DNA of 64,000 nt, taken from contig CM059432.1 of the NCBI GenBank assembly GCA_030390025.1, positions 107,820,001 to 107,884,000 on the forward strand. The letters are read 5' to 3'. The stretch is from Squalus acanthias. Taxonomy: Eukaryota. The notes under the pieces were generated by a model. It saw nothing but the letters and a program-made list of their open reading frames with translations, was not told the DNA's origin and did no database searches. Of this stretch, positions 38,915 through 51,559 are shown piece by piece (positions within the stretch are counted from its first letter, which is position 1; each line of letters opens with the position of its first letter). The position numbers and the translations under genes were made by a program.

Positions 38915-39360
38915 TCACACAGGAGGCTCAGCACCAGCCAGGACAAAGCAGTCCACTTGATCAGCACCCCATTCACCAGATTAAACATCAACTCCCTCCG
39001 CCACTGACATATCGAGGCTGCTGTGTGCACTATCTACATGATGTACTGCAGCATCTCACCAAGATTTCTTTGGCAGCACCTCCCAAACCCAGAACCTCCA
39101 CCACCTAGGACAAGGACTGCAGGTGCATGGGAACACCATCACCTCCAAGTTCCCCAAGTCGCACACCATCCCTAGTCCTTCAAAGTCACTGGGTCGAAAT
39201 TCCGGAACTCCCTACCTAACAGCATTGTGGGAGCACCTTCACCACATGGTCTGTAGCGTTTCAAGAAGGCCCACCTCCACCACCATCTCAAGGACAACTA
39301 GGGATAGGCAATAAATGTCGGCCTTGCCAGCGACGTCCACATCCTGAAGAATTTTTTTTA
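38915..39360 (+). mobile_element. Degenerate 3' fragment of the 29182 LINE family
   Basis: Aligns by eye with 31960-32430. Confidence 0.75.
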
Positions 39361-39642
39361 AGTTTGCCCGATCACTGAAATAAAAGAGATAATGCTTTGC
39401 AAAGCCGTAAAATTGGAACACTTGAAATTTGGTTCTGCATTAATTCTTGCAGCGCTGACGCGGGCAGAGAGTTCTGTGCACCCTGAGCTAGCATCTTTGT
39501 AAAATGACTGAGGGGCTCTGGAATCAATTCGTATTGCAGTAATACAACAGAGATTTAAAAATTCTAATCCCAACCCTACATATGCGTAAAATAAAACTCT
39601 TAATCAGATTCATTAATAATTGTGTGAATATCCAATAACTTG

Positions 39643-39774
39643 AGGGGTAATTTTGAGAAATTTTACAGTTGATGTGGAGGCTTGCTAGCGGAGTGAGCAG
39701 CTGGCAGAATTGGAGCCGAGCCCTATCTCTAACCCACGCTCATGTGTAGCGAGGATCCTCTGAAAATTAACCCT
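39643..39774. mobile_element. 132-bp MITE
   Basis: TIR AGGGGTAATTTT / AAAATTAACCCT; TSD TTG. Confidence 0.6.
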
Positions 39775-39869
39775 TTGGTGCACAGTTGTGCCATCTAACA
39801 TTCTGATGGCAATCACTACTGTGACAAATAAGTGAATTTCAGCAGGCAAAAAAAAGGAAAAACATCTAC

Positions 39870-39981
39870 CTCTGTCAAATGTCTTAATGTCATCCAGAGA
39901 ACCATACAAATCGCTCAACTTCTCACACCCTTCTTTTAGCACAGAGCCCGTGCGGAACACGGCAGCGTGACTTTGCATGCA
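39870..39981 (-). CDS. SDHA: SDHA exon 12 equivalent
   Basis: CMQSHAAVFRTGSVLKEGCEKLSDLYGSLDDIKTFDR(G); AG/GT; 112 nt. Confidence 0.96.
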
Positions 39982-40410
39982 CTGTAAAAGGTAGGAATTA
40001 AAGGAACATCAATCTCCAGTCGAAGTACAGCCTTTCAATGAGCAGCGCGAATTAGTCACATCAAGTTCCTGCTTGCTAACTAGCATGAAGATTTTATGTA
40101 AAGGATATCAATTTAAACAAAAAAACATTTTACCCTCTCATTTATACTGATCAACATCCGTATATATGAAATATTTACATATATCCTTTTAACATTGCCT
40201 TCACCACTGAATATGACAGGAACTGACTTGAGCCAGGGTATCTAACACTCTGCTTAGGATGCCAAGCTAAGAGAGACTGAACCTGTGAAATATCCAAGGA
40301 GTTCATCAGGAAAGTTTTTTTGTAATCATACTTTGGGAGAAAAATTTGGCAGTTCAGCAAAGTGGAAGGAACAAATTTCACTGTATGGCCGAGCCGTGGC
40401 CAGTATTTAT

Positions 40411-41158
40411 TTATTTTTTATTTGTTCATGGGATGTGGGCGTCACTGGCAAGGCCAGCATTTATTGCCCATCCCTAATTGTCCTTGAGAAGGTGGTGGTG
40501 AGCCACCTTCTTGAACCGCTGCAGTCCATGTGGTGAAGGTACTCCCACAGTGCTGTTAGGGAGGGAGTTCCAGGATTTTGACCCAGCGACAATGAAGGAA
40601 CGGCGATATACTTCGAAGTCAGGATCGTGTGTGACTTGGAGGGGAACTTAGAGGTGGTGGTGTTCCCATGCACCTGCTGCCCTTGTCCTTCTAGGTGGAA
40701 GAGGTCGCGGGTTTGGGAGGTGCTGTCGAAGAAGCCTTGGCGAGTTGCTGCAGTGCATCTTGTAGATGGTACACACTGCAGCCATGGTACGCCGCTGGTG
40801 GAGGGAGTGAATGTTTAAGGTGGTGGATGGGGTGCCAATCAAGCGGGCTGCTTTGTCCTAGATGGTGTCGAGCTTCTTGAGTGCTGTTGGAGCTGCACTC
40901 ATCCAGGCAAGTGGAGAGTATGCCATCACATCCTTACTTTTGCCTTGTAGATGGTGGAAAGGCTTTGGGGAGTCAGGAGGTGAGACACTTACTGCAGAAT
41001 ACCTAGCCTCTGACCTGCTCTTGTTGCCACAGTATTTATGTGGCTGGTCCAGTTAAGTTTCTGGTCAATGGTAATGCCGTTGAATGTCAAGGGGCGGTGG
41101 TTAGACTCTCACTTGTTGGAGATAGTCATTGTTTGGCACTTGTGTGGCGCGAATGTTA
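40411..41158 (-). mobile_element. 3' part of the 29182 LINE family
   Basis: Reverse complement of about 31648-32430 with a small internal deletion. Confidence 0.85.
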
Positions 41159-42280
41159 ACATACATAACAGCCTTTGGCCCATATCCCTTAATACCTTTG
41201 GTTAACAAAAAGCTATCAATCTCAGATTTAAAATTAACAATTGATCTAGCATCAATTGCCATTTGCGGAAGAGCGTTCCAAACTTCTACCACCCTTTGTG
41301 TGTAGAAGTGTTTCCTAATTTCACTCCTGAACGGTCTGGCTCTAATTTTTAGTCTATGCCCCCTAGTCCTAGAATCCCCAACCAGCGGAAATAGTTTCTC
41401 TCTATCTACCCTATCAGTTTCCCTTAATAACTTGAAAACTTCGATCAGATCACCCCTTAACCTTCTAAATTCTAGGGAATACAATCATAATTTGTGTAAT
41501 CTCTCCTCGTAACTTAACCCTTGAAGTCCGGGAATCATTCTGGTAAACCTACGCTGCACTCCCTGCCAAGGCCAATATATCCTTCCTAAGGTGTGGTGCC
41601 CAGAACTGCTCACAGTGCTCCAGGTGTGGTCTAACCAGGGCTTTGTATAGCTGCAGCATAACTTCTACCCCCTTGTATTCTAGTCCTCTAGATATAAAGG
41701 CTAGCATTCCATTAGCCTTTTTGATTATTTTCTGTACCTGTTCATGACATTTTAATGATCTGTGTACCTGGACCCCCAAGTCTCTTTGGACCTGCATTGT
41801 TTTTAGCTTTTCACCATTTAGAAAGTACACTGTTCTAAGCCTTTTTAGGTCCAAAGTAGATGACCTCACATTTGCTTACATTGAAATCCATTTGCCACAA
41901 TTTTCCCCATTCACTTCATCTATTAATATTCCCTTGTAATCTACACTGCCTACAATGCCACCTATCTTTGTGTCATCGGCAAATCTGGATATATGACTTT
42001 CTATGCCATCATCTAAGTCGTTAATAAATACTGTGAATAGTTGAGGCCCCAACACTCTGCCAATTTGAGTACCTGCCCATTATCCCCACTGCCCGTCTCC
42101 TGTCGCTCAGCCAATTTCCTAACCAGGTCAATAATTTGCCCTCAATTCCGTGGGCTTCTACTTTAGTTAACAGTCTCTTATGTGAGACTTTATCAAATGC
42201 CTTCTGGAAGTCCGTATAAATAACATCCATAGACATTCCCCTGTCCACTACTTTAGTCACCTCTTCAAAAAATTCAGGTT
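41159..42280 (-). mobile_element. CR1-type LINE 3' fragment
   Basis: DFQKAFDKVSH, KALVRPHLEHC, RRLRGDLIEV. Confidence 0.85.
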
Positions 42281-42813
42281 CCTAGCTACATGCAGCAATG
42301 ATTACAAATAACAGTTCCAGGCACCAAATGATGGTGTTCCTTAACTGAAGGCCTGAGGTTTAACCAGACAAAACTCCCAGTAACTGAGCAATAAATCCTT
42401 TGACTGAGCAGGTGCCTGCACTAGTCACAAAGTGATCGTTCTGCAAACCACCTGAATTACTGTACTACAATTACATCTAAATCTTAGCTAGAATATTATA
42501 CAAGAGTAATTTCTACATCTCAAATAAATGCATATATAACATCACTGATCATCTACGCTAACAAATCAAACATCCCCTTATGATACTAAAATCTAAAGAC
42601 TAGCACAATATATTAGAAACCAGGTCTCAAAGGTGATGTTACATGTATATTCATAAAAGCACTAATACTCATCACCCTGATGAGCAGAAGTTGTTTAAAA
42701 ATAGAAAGCTCTTTACACTTTCAGCTGTGGCGCCAATAATCTTGTACAGCACAAACATTTCAACAAAAATATATAAACTGGGGAAATTCTGAAAGCTGTT
42801 TCCCTTCCCTCAC

Positions 42814-42932
42814 CTTCTGCATGTTAATTCGGAGCTCTGATGTGCGAGTGCCTCCATCAGCAAATCGCAGTCTGTCAAGGTTGGCCACCGACTCCTCGCC
42901 AGCATTTGAATTAATTGGTGCGACAGCTTCAC
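42814..42932 (-). CDS. SDHA: SDHA exon 11 equivalent
   Basis: (G)[46 protein letters not shown]; 119 nt. Confidence 0.96.
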
Positions 42933-43210
42933 CTGGATTCAGAGCAATAAATAAGAGTACTTCAGATTCCAAGAATCGGTTTTGAAAGCCCAGAATTAAT
43001 TCAATTCTGCTGGGAAGAGATCTGAAAATAATTCTTCCACAAGGGAAATAATATTCTTTTAACTCCCCAACATCTCCAAAATCTTTCAAATTCCATCGTA
43101 AAATGTATTAAGAGCAGCAGAGAACTGATCTGTTCTCAATGTCGGAAATGGCAAGGTGTAAAACTTGAGCTTACCACAATAAAGTCAAAGCAATCACTGA
43201 AAAGTACCAC

Positions 43211-43560
43211 TTGGATCAGTTGGTAGCACTCTAACCGCAAAAGTCAGGAGGTTGTGGGTTCAAGCCCCGCTACAGACTCCAGCACGTAACCTAGTCCGAT
43301 ACTTCAGTGCAGTAATAAGGAAGGTCTGCACTGTCGGAGGTGCTGTCTTGCAGCTCACGACACTGTTTGAAAAGCAGGGAGTTTGCTCAATGTCCTCAAA
43401 TAACACTAGTTAGTCTGGTCATCCTGATCATTTACTGTTTGGGGTCCTTATTGTAAGTACATTGACTACCTATGTAATAGTGAATGCACTTCAAAAGTAA
43501 TTCATTGGTTACAAAGCTGAGGATGTGAAAGATGCTATACAAATGCAAGTTTTTCTTTTT
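43211..43560 (+). mobile_element. Degenerate Deu-domain tRNA SINE
   Basis: tggatcagttggtagc...gggttcaagcccc head, then core and tail. Confidence 0.65.
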
Positions 43561-44764
43561 TAATGGCAAAAATGTACAGTACAATACTGAAAGCCACATC
43601 CGTGTCAGGTAATTTCACTTTTACTGTAGGGGGAAAAAAACTTTCCACAATTCAAACTGATTCTAGATTAATTTCTGATCAGGAAGGCTACTGATTTGTA
43701 TGGGGAAACATGTGCGAAGATCACAAGGCAGTAAAAACAAGGAAAAACAGTATTACTCTAAATTAAAAGTTATGGGGGGGGGGGGAATAAAGGTGCGTAA
43801 AGATCAGACGCACGTTATTAGTTATATGACTGGTCAGTAAAATGACCACTACATTTAATCTCCAAATCACTGACTCAAAGACATGGCGAGCACAAACCAA
43901 CATACCCTGAAACAAACAGTTCTCTCTTTGGTAGTAACATTTCAGCTGTGAGGCTGGGAATCATCCACTGGAAATGAAATGTTAAAAACTGCAAAGCTGT
44001 AACTTCTCAAATTTGCTGCATTGTATTTTGGCCAATAGAATTTGGGGAATCCCAAATGAAAAGTGTTACACGTTTGGACTAAGGGAAAGTTTTTTTTGTA
44101 AAACAAAACTAGTTAACATGTTAAAGCGTTCAAAAATATCACGGGAAATCAAAAACATCATACAGCCAACTTTTCCTTCTCCTCTCTCTGTCCCTGCAGA
44201 TATTTTTTATTAATCTTTACGCTTTCACACTGTAGCATTTTATGAAGCTGGCCCTGTGGATCTCTGACAGAAGTTCATTATCACCACCACCACCACCACC
44301 AAGGCAATTTTTGGATGTTTCACTGCTCTGAAAATTCAAAGCAACAGTTTTAGTCGTGCCCACGTTAAATATTTAGCTTTGTGGGTAAGGAATACCCAAG
44401 GTTTGCAGCGTGAAAGTAACAGTGCGAGATGAGGAGGTTATGAAGTTTGGTGAAATAAACAAGTACAAACACACGCCAGTTTTCCAAAATTGATCACTTA
44501 GCTCAGCAAAAATCTGCTAATAACGCACCGATTGCCAGAGAGGAAAGAAGGTGTTGAAGGACAGACTGAAACCAAATAACAAACCTTGCTGGTTGTCGGC
44601 CGTGACGTTTTACAATGGAATGCAGAGGCAGGGAAAATTTGATTAAAACCCAATGAAAAGATCTCTTGGGAGTACTCTGGGAGAAGGCTCTACAATAAGC
44701 TGAGTAATGAGGCCTTTTTGAAAACTAAAAATGGTGGTGGTTAGACTCCCAGTCAGCAACCATT

Positions 44765-45018
44765 GCCCGGAATTTTCTGTACCTGGGTGGGTCAGGTGCG
44801 GCGGTCATGACCCCGCTGCCCATTCCATTCCGCTCCAGAGATCGGCTTTCCGTTAATGGCGCCTATTAAGGCAGCCCTGCGTGTTACCCGGCCCTATTAA
44901 TTGGTGCGGGTCTAATGACGTCATCAATGACACATCTTCAGTCGGGATATTTAAAGGAGCCATGAGCACATTGCATTTGAAGGTTCATCTAGGAGTGTGC
45001 AGGCACTGTACTGGAGCC
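44765..45018 (+). mobile_element. Harbinger C, left end and promoter region
   Basis: GCCCGGAATTTTC terminus, TGACGTCA + GATATTTAAAGG module; appears to continue at 56087. Confidence 0.55.
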
Positions 45019-46737
45019 ACTGTAGGAACCAACGACATAGGTAGACTAGGACTGAGGTTCTGCTGAGAGAGTTTGAGGAGTTGGGGTCCAAATTAAAAAG
45101 GAGAACCTCAAAGGTAATAATCTGTGGACTCTTACCTAAGCCACGCGCCAATTTGCATAGGGATAAGCAGATTAGAAGGTTAAATGCGTGGTTGAAAAAG
45201 TGGTATGGGAGGCAGGGGATTCACTTCATGGGCCACTGGCACCAGTACTGGAGAAAGAGGAAGCTGTTCTGTAGGGATGGGCTACACTTAAACCGGGCTG
45301 GAACCAGTGTCCTGGCAAATCGAATAACTAGGGCAGTAGACAGGGCTTTAAACTAATGAAGGGGGGGGAGAGGGAGGATTCAGGAAAGAGTAAATTTAAA
45401 AGCAGCAAGGGAAATGTCAAGGCTCTAGAGCAGAGCAGAGTTTTGGGTAAAAATAAGCAGAGTGGGTCAGGAAGGGACAGAGAGAGTAACAAAGGTAATA
45501 GGGCATCAGTGACTAAGGTGACATCAGGGAAAAATAGAAAAAAGTCAAATGCGCATATATCTGAATGCGCAAAGCATTCGCAACAAAATAGATGAATTAA
45601 TAGTGCAGATAGAAATGAATAGGTTTGATCTAATAGTCATTACGGAGACGTGGCTGCAAAGTGACCAAGGTTGGGAACTAAATATTCCAGGATACTTAAC
45701 TTTTAGAAGAGATAGGCAAAATGGAAAAGGAGGGGTAGCCCTGATAATAAAGGATGGGATAAAGACAGTAGAGAAAAAGGATCTTGGCTCAGAAAAATCA
45801 AGAAGTAGAATCAGTTTGGGTGGAGCTAAGAAACAGCAAGGGGCAGAAAACATTGGTGGGAGTTGTTTATAGGCCCCCAAACAGTAGTTGTAATGTCGGG
45901 CAGAGTATAAAGCAGGAAATTAGAGGTGCATGTAACAAGGGTAATACAGCAATCATGGGGGACTTTAATCTACATATAGACTGGGCAAACCAAATTTGCA
46001 GTAATAGTGTGGAGGACAAGTTCATGGAATGTATGCAAGATAGTTTTCCGGATCAGTATGTTGAGGAACCAACTAGAGAACGGTCTATTTTAGATCTAGT
46101 ATTGTGCAACGAGAAAGGGTTCATTAATAACCTTGTAGTAAAGAGGCCTTTAGGAAAGAGTGACCATAATATGATAGAATTTTATATTGAGTTTGAAAGT
46201 AATTTAGTTAAGTCCGAAACTAGGGTCTTAAATCTAAACAAAGCAAACTACGAAGGTATGAGGGGCGAGTTGGCTAAGGTAGATTGGGAAACTACATTAA
46301 AAGGTATGATGGTAGACAAGCAATGGCTAGCATTTAAAGAATTAATACATAATTTACAACAAATATACATTCCTTTAAGGCACAAAAACCTCACAGGAAA
46401 AGTGGTCCAAACATGGCTAACAAGAGAAGTTAAAGATGGTATTAGATCAAAGGAAGAGGCTTATAATGTTGCCAAAAAAAAGTAGTAAGCCCGAGGATTG
46501 GGAGGATTTTAGAATTCAGCAAAGAACTTGATAAGGAAAGAGAAAAAATGAAAGTAAATTAGCAAGAGACATAAAAACAGATTGCAAATGTTTCTATAGG
46601 TATGTAAATAGGAAGAAATTAGTGAAAGTAAACGTGGGCCCATTAGAGGCAGAGACAGGAGAAATTATAATGGGCAATAAGGAAATAATTGAGAGGTCGC
46701 ACAACACCAGGTTATAGTCCAACAGTTTTATTTGAAA

Positions 46738-46779
46738 TCACAAGCTTTCGGAGCTATCGATTGCCCCTTCCTCAGGTGA
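46738..46779 (-). ncRNA. Minimal type I hammerhead motif (left arm; sense to SDHA)
   Basis: TCAC-CTGAGGA-A-GGGGC aatcgata GCTCC-GAAA-GC-TT-GTGA. Confidence 0.75.
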
Positions 46780-47812
46780 AGTAAATAGATACAGAATCGC
46801 CAAAGCATATATAGATAGAGAACAAAGCACTTTACAATTGCAGACAACTAAATTAAATCATCCTGACTATCTGCCGAGGTGTGATAAAGTTAATCAGGTC
46901 AGCCAGGAAGGTACCACATCAAAGACATAGCAAGATACAACTGAGACAATGAGGTGGAGTCGCAGGGGGTCTAACGTGTCAAAAGCTGCCGTCTGTATGT
47001 AAAACGAAAAGCTTTAAAATTTTTACTTTTTTACTGGGAAAATTTTTACTTTTTTACTGGGAATCACATCTGTGAACAAGCCAACGACGACTCGAGTCCG
47101 GATCACGTCATGTATCGTGACATAAACCCAAGATCCCGGTTGAGACCGTCTTCATGAGTGCGGAACTTGGCTATCAGTTTCTGCTCGATGATTTTGCGTT
47201 GTCGTGTGTTTCTAAGGTTGCCTTGGAGAACGCTTACCCGCAGATCCGAGGCTGAATGTCCTTGACTGCTGAAGTGTTCCCCGACTGGGAGGTAACAATC
47301 CTGCCTGGCGATTGTTGCGCGGTGCTCGTTCATACGTTGTCTCAGTGTCTGCATGGTCTCGCCGATGTACCATGCCGCGGTGCATTCTTTCCTGCAACGT
47401 ATGAGGTAGACAACGTTGGCCGAGTCACATGAGTATGTACCATGTACCTGGTGGGTAGTGTCCTCACGTGTGATGGTGGTATCTGTGTTGATGATCTGGC
47501 ATGTCTTGCAGAGTTTGCCGTGGCAGGGTTGTGTGGTGTCGTGGTCGCTGTTATCCTGAAAGCTGGGTAATTTGCTGCGAACGATGGTACTTCTGAGGTT
47601 AGGCGGCTGTTTGAAGGCAAGTAGTGGAGGCGTGGGGATGGCCTTAGCGAGGTGTTTGTCGTCATCGATGACATGTTGAAGGCTGCGAAGAACATGGCGT
47701 AGTTTCTCCGCTCTGGGGAAGTACTGGACGACGTAGGGTACCCTGTTGGTTGTGTCCCGTGTTTGCCTTCTGAGGAGGTCTATGCGATTTTTCGCTGTGG
47801 CCCGTCGGAACG

Positions 47813-48574
47813 CTGAAAAACGCCCTCGTAAGAACGGGATATGACGCTCGACTCATCGATCGACAGTTCCGACGGGCCACAGCGAAAAATCGCATAGACC
47901 TCCTCAGAAGGCAAACACGGGACACAACCAACAGGGTACCCTACGTCGTCCAGTACTTCCCCGGAGCGGAGAAACTACGCCATGTTCTTCGCAGCCTTCA
48001 ACATGTCATCGATGACGACAAACACCTCGCTAAGGCCATCCCCACGCCTCCACTACTTGCCTTCAAACAGCCGCCTAACCTCAGAAGTACCATCGTTCGC
48101 AGCAAATTACCCAGCTTTCAGGATAACAGCGACCACGACACCACACAACCCTGCCACGGCAAACTCTGCAAGACATGCCAGATCATCAACACAGATACCA
48201 CCATCACACGTGAGGACACTACCCACCAGGTACATGGTACATACTCATGTGACTCGGCCAACGTTGTCTACCTCATACGTTGCAGGAAAGAATGCACCGC
48301 GGCATGGTACATCGGCGAGACCATGCAGACACTGAGACAACGTATGAACGAGCACCGCGCAACAATCGCCAGGCAGGATTGTTACCTCCCAGTCGGGGAA
48401 CACTTCAGCAGTCAAGGACATTCAGCCTCGGATCTGCGGGTAAGCGTTCTCCAAGGCAACCTTAGAAACACACGACAACGCAAAATCATCGAGCAGAAAC
48501 TGATAGCCAAGTTCCGCACCCATGAAGACGGTCTCAACCGGGATCTTGGGTTTATGTCACGATACATGACGTGA
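47813..48574 (+). CDS. Penelope ORF C-terminus: RT thumb/linker, Cys motif and GIY-YIG endonuclease (5'-truncated, no internal stops)
   Basis: LKNALVRTGY...PCHGKLCKTC...NVVYLIRC...WYIGETMQTLRQRMNEH...VGEHF...EQKLIAKFRTHEDGLN; mirrored on the minus strand at 47103-47811. Confidence 0.9.
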   Translation: MKNALVRTGYDARLIDRQFRRATAKNRIDLLRRQTRDTTNRVPYVVQYFPGAEKLRHVLRSLQHVIDDDKHLAKAIPTPPLLAFKQPPNLRSTIVRSKLPSFQDNSDHDTTQPCHGKLCKTCQIINTDTTITREDTTHQVHGTYSCDSANVVYLIRCRKECTAAWYIGETMQTLRQRMNEHRATIARQDCYLPVGEHFSSQGHSASDLRVSVLQGNLRNTRQRKIIEQKLIAKFRTHEDGLNRDLGFMSRYMT

Positions 48575-48903
48575 TCCGGACTCGAGTCGTCGTTGGCTTG
48601 TTCACAGATGTGATTCCCAGTAAAAAAGTAAAAATTTTCCCAGTAAAAAAGTAAAAATTTTAAAGCTTTTCGTTTTACATACAGACGGCAGCTTTTGACA
48701 CGTTAGACCCCCTGCGACTCCACCTCATTGTCTCAGTTGTATCTTGCTATGTCTTTGATGTGGTACCTTCCTGGCTGACCTGATTAACTTTATCACACCT
48801 CGGCAGATAGTCAGGATGATTTAATTTAGTTGTCTGCAATTGTAAAGTACACATGCTTTGTTCTCTATCTATATATGCTTTGGCGATTCTGTATCTATTT
48901 ACT

Positions 48904-48945
48904 TCACCTGAGGAAGGGGCAATCGATAGCTCCGAAAGCTTGTGA
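48904..48945 (+). ncRNA. Minimal type I hammerhead motif (right arm)
   Basis: TCAC-CTGAGGA-A-GGGGC aatcgata GCTCC-GAAA-GC-TT-GTGA. Confidence 0.75.
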
Positions 48946-49520
48946 TTTCAAATAAAACTGTTGGACTATAACCTGGTGTTGTGCGACCTCTCAATTTTGT
49001 CCACCCCAGTCCAACACCGGCATCTCCGCATCATGACCAATAAGGAAATGGCAGAGACATTAAACAAATACTTTGTATCTGTCTTCACGGTAGAAGACAC
49101 AAAAAACGTTCTGGAAATAATCGGGAACCAAGGATCTAGAGAGAATGAGGAACTTAAAGAAATCAGTATAAGTAAAGACATAGGGGGAGAAATTCATTTT
49201 AGCCCAGGAATGGGCGCCAACTTCTGAAAAGTTTGAGATTTAGCGCCAGGCGCTAAATTACATGTTAGTGCTCAAAAAAGGACGGGAACGCTAAACCAAG
49301 CGCTAATGACCTAGCTCAGTGGCGTTAGACTCAAAGCACTTAGCAATTTCAGGTGCAGTCTAATCGCTAGTCATCATTGCCACAGGCTCTTTCCATTTCG
49401 TAAAGGGGAGGTTCAATCATGCTGCAGAACCTCATTCTCAGCACTGCTGGTTCTGCAGCTGTCTCAGCAAGCAGCAGAAGGCCAAGGAGAAGGAACCGGA
49501 CCACTGAAGGAGGTGTCATT

Positions 49521-51400
49521 ATGGCAGATCAACGGCCCAGGGAGAGAACTCGCAGATTCTGCGACCAAGCATTGGAGGCCTTGGTCCTCGCTGTGGAGAG
49601 ACGGAGGGCGGTGTTGTACCCGTCAAGTGGCAGGAGGCCCTCACCACAAGTCACCCGCACCATGTGGAGGGAGGTAGCCCAGCAGGTCTCGGGCAGCACT
49701 GTGATCCCCAGGACCCACACACAGTGCAGGAAGAAATTTAACAACCTCACTCGGGTGCTCACATTGAGTCAATGCTTCAACAAATGCTACATACCACCAT
49801 CTGAACCTCAGTCTGCACACACTGCCCAAAGCACCACACCCCCAGCACTCACCCACCAACAATCTCCACCTACCAACACTCACACCCACATCTCACACCT
49901 TGCACACAATGACAGCTATTCAACTATTGCAGGCGCATCTCCCAAATACATTGCTTCACACTCACTCACATACTTTCCTTTCTCTTGCAGGCCAAGGTCG
50001 CTCACAACAGGCGGGAGCAGGTGCGTACAGGCGGGGGACAACCTGACACCCAACCACTTTCTGAGCTGGAGGAAAGAGTGCTGCAAATCATTGGGCACCA
50101 GGTGATGGGCGCCGTGGCCACTGGCGACATTGACCCCCTTGGGGACAACAACGGTATATTCATCCCTACTCCTCCTTATCCCACTTCCCCCTCACCCCAC
50201 AAGCCTTTCCCACTTTCCAGCTAATCATGCTGTATGCATGCCTTTCTCCCTTCCTGCACCCCCCCCCCACCTTAACCCAACTCTTGTGCCTTTATGCTTT
50301 CAGATAATGAGCAAGCAGCGAGGCGGAAGAGGAGGATGACGAAGAAAACACTGCATGTCTCACCCGCAGGCACCAGCTCAGATACTGGCACTCTGCGTTC
50401 TTTAGAGGCTAGTATAGTAGTGGGATCTGCACAGGGTGATGCACCGGGAACGAGTGGGCTACAGCAAGGCCAGGGGGAAAGGGTAGCTCGGGAGTCAGCT
50501 CCCCGGAGGGCGAGTTCGCGGGTGAGTTCTGCTGCACAGGACTCAGATGAGGACCTCGATGGGGAGGCCTTTAGGACCTCGATGGGGAGGCCTTTAGAAG
50601 AAGGGTGATGGGCATGCACATGGAGATCATAGATGCAACGGCAAGGGTGCCTGAGAGCCTCTCTGCAATGGTAAGGAGTGTGGAGGAGTCTGCCTCCAAC
50701 ATTGCAGAGCTCAGCGCACACCATGAAGCCCATCATTTGCAGTTTGCAAAGGATGGTGGACTCCCAGAGAGACCGTGGCGACCCAGACCTCCTGCTGCGT
50801 GTGATGGGCGATGTCACAGCTTCCATTGCAGCACAGGCAGAAGCCACGCAATGTCTTAGTGCTGTAATGCAGTCTATGCTTGGTGCCATCGATTCTCAGA
50901 CTGCTCTCATGCAGTCACAGCTTGATGCCACGCAAGCTCTGACTGTTGCCATTGTGGCTGGGTCGACCACCGTCCACCGGGGCTTTCACGGTGTTGCAGC
51001 AGGCCAGCAATCTGTGCTCCAGCAGATTGGTAGTGATGCTGAGGTGCTGCCCCGGGGGAGTGGCAGTGGGTCAGTGGAGCAGGAAGCGGCGATCCTCACT
51101 CAGGATGACAGCATTCCTGCTCCCACCACTGGCACTCCACCATTGCCCTTGTCGCTGTCTGTCATCCAGCCTGCCTAGACTGCTGCCGCCCATGCTGAGG
51201 TGGTGCAGTCTACAGCCGGGCCTTCCAGGCCCAGAGCTGGTCAAGGGCATCCTGCAAGGCCATCTGAAGTCTCTCGCATGGACACTCAGCAGCCTTCCAC
51301 CAGCCCTGTTGCAGCCACTGAGCCAACACTTCCTAGGAACACTAGAGTAGGCAAAGGCACTGTAACAACAGGCACTGAGGGATTGCACAGGGGTGAATAG
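49521..51400 (+). pseudogene. Harbinger B Myb/SANT partner gene (3 exons, disrupted)
   Basis: MADQRPRERTRRFCDQALEALV...QCRKKFNNL; AKVAHNRREQVRTGGG; damaged first donor, frameshifts and stops. Confidence 0.8.
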
Positions 51401-51559
51401 CTGATATTGTTGTTGTAAATATGTGTTCACTGATTATTGATAAGCTTATTAATTGGCTTTGGATGATTTTGTGGTGTCTCTGATTTCAACTTTGTGCTGT
51501 GATATGTCCTGCGACAGGGATGAGATGATGGGGATGTGGTGAGCAATGGGGATCTGGGG

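Larger units (their letters stand above)
46687..49037. mobile_element. Penelope-like (GIY-YIG) retroelement, 5'-truncated, with a 1.1-kb inverted copy
   Basis: Arms 46687-47811 and 47866-48996, 54-bp spacer, 41-bp unpaired tail; 12-bp TSD CAATAAGGAAAT (46675-86, 49038-49). Confidence 0.95.
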
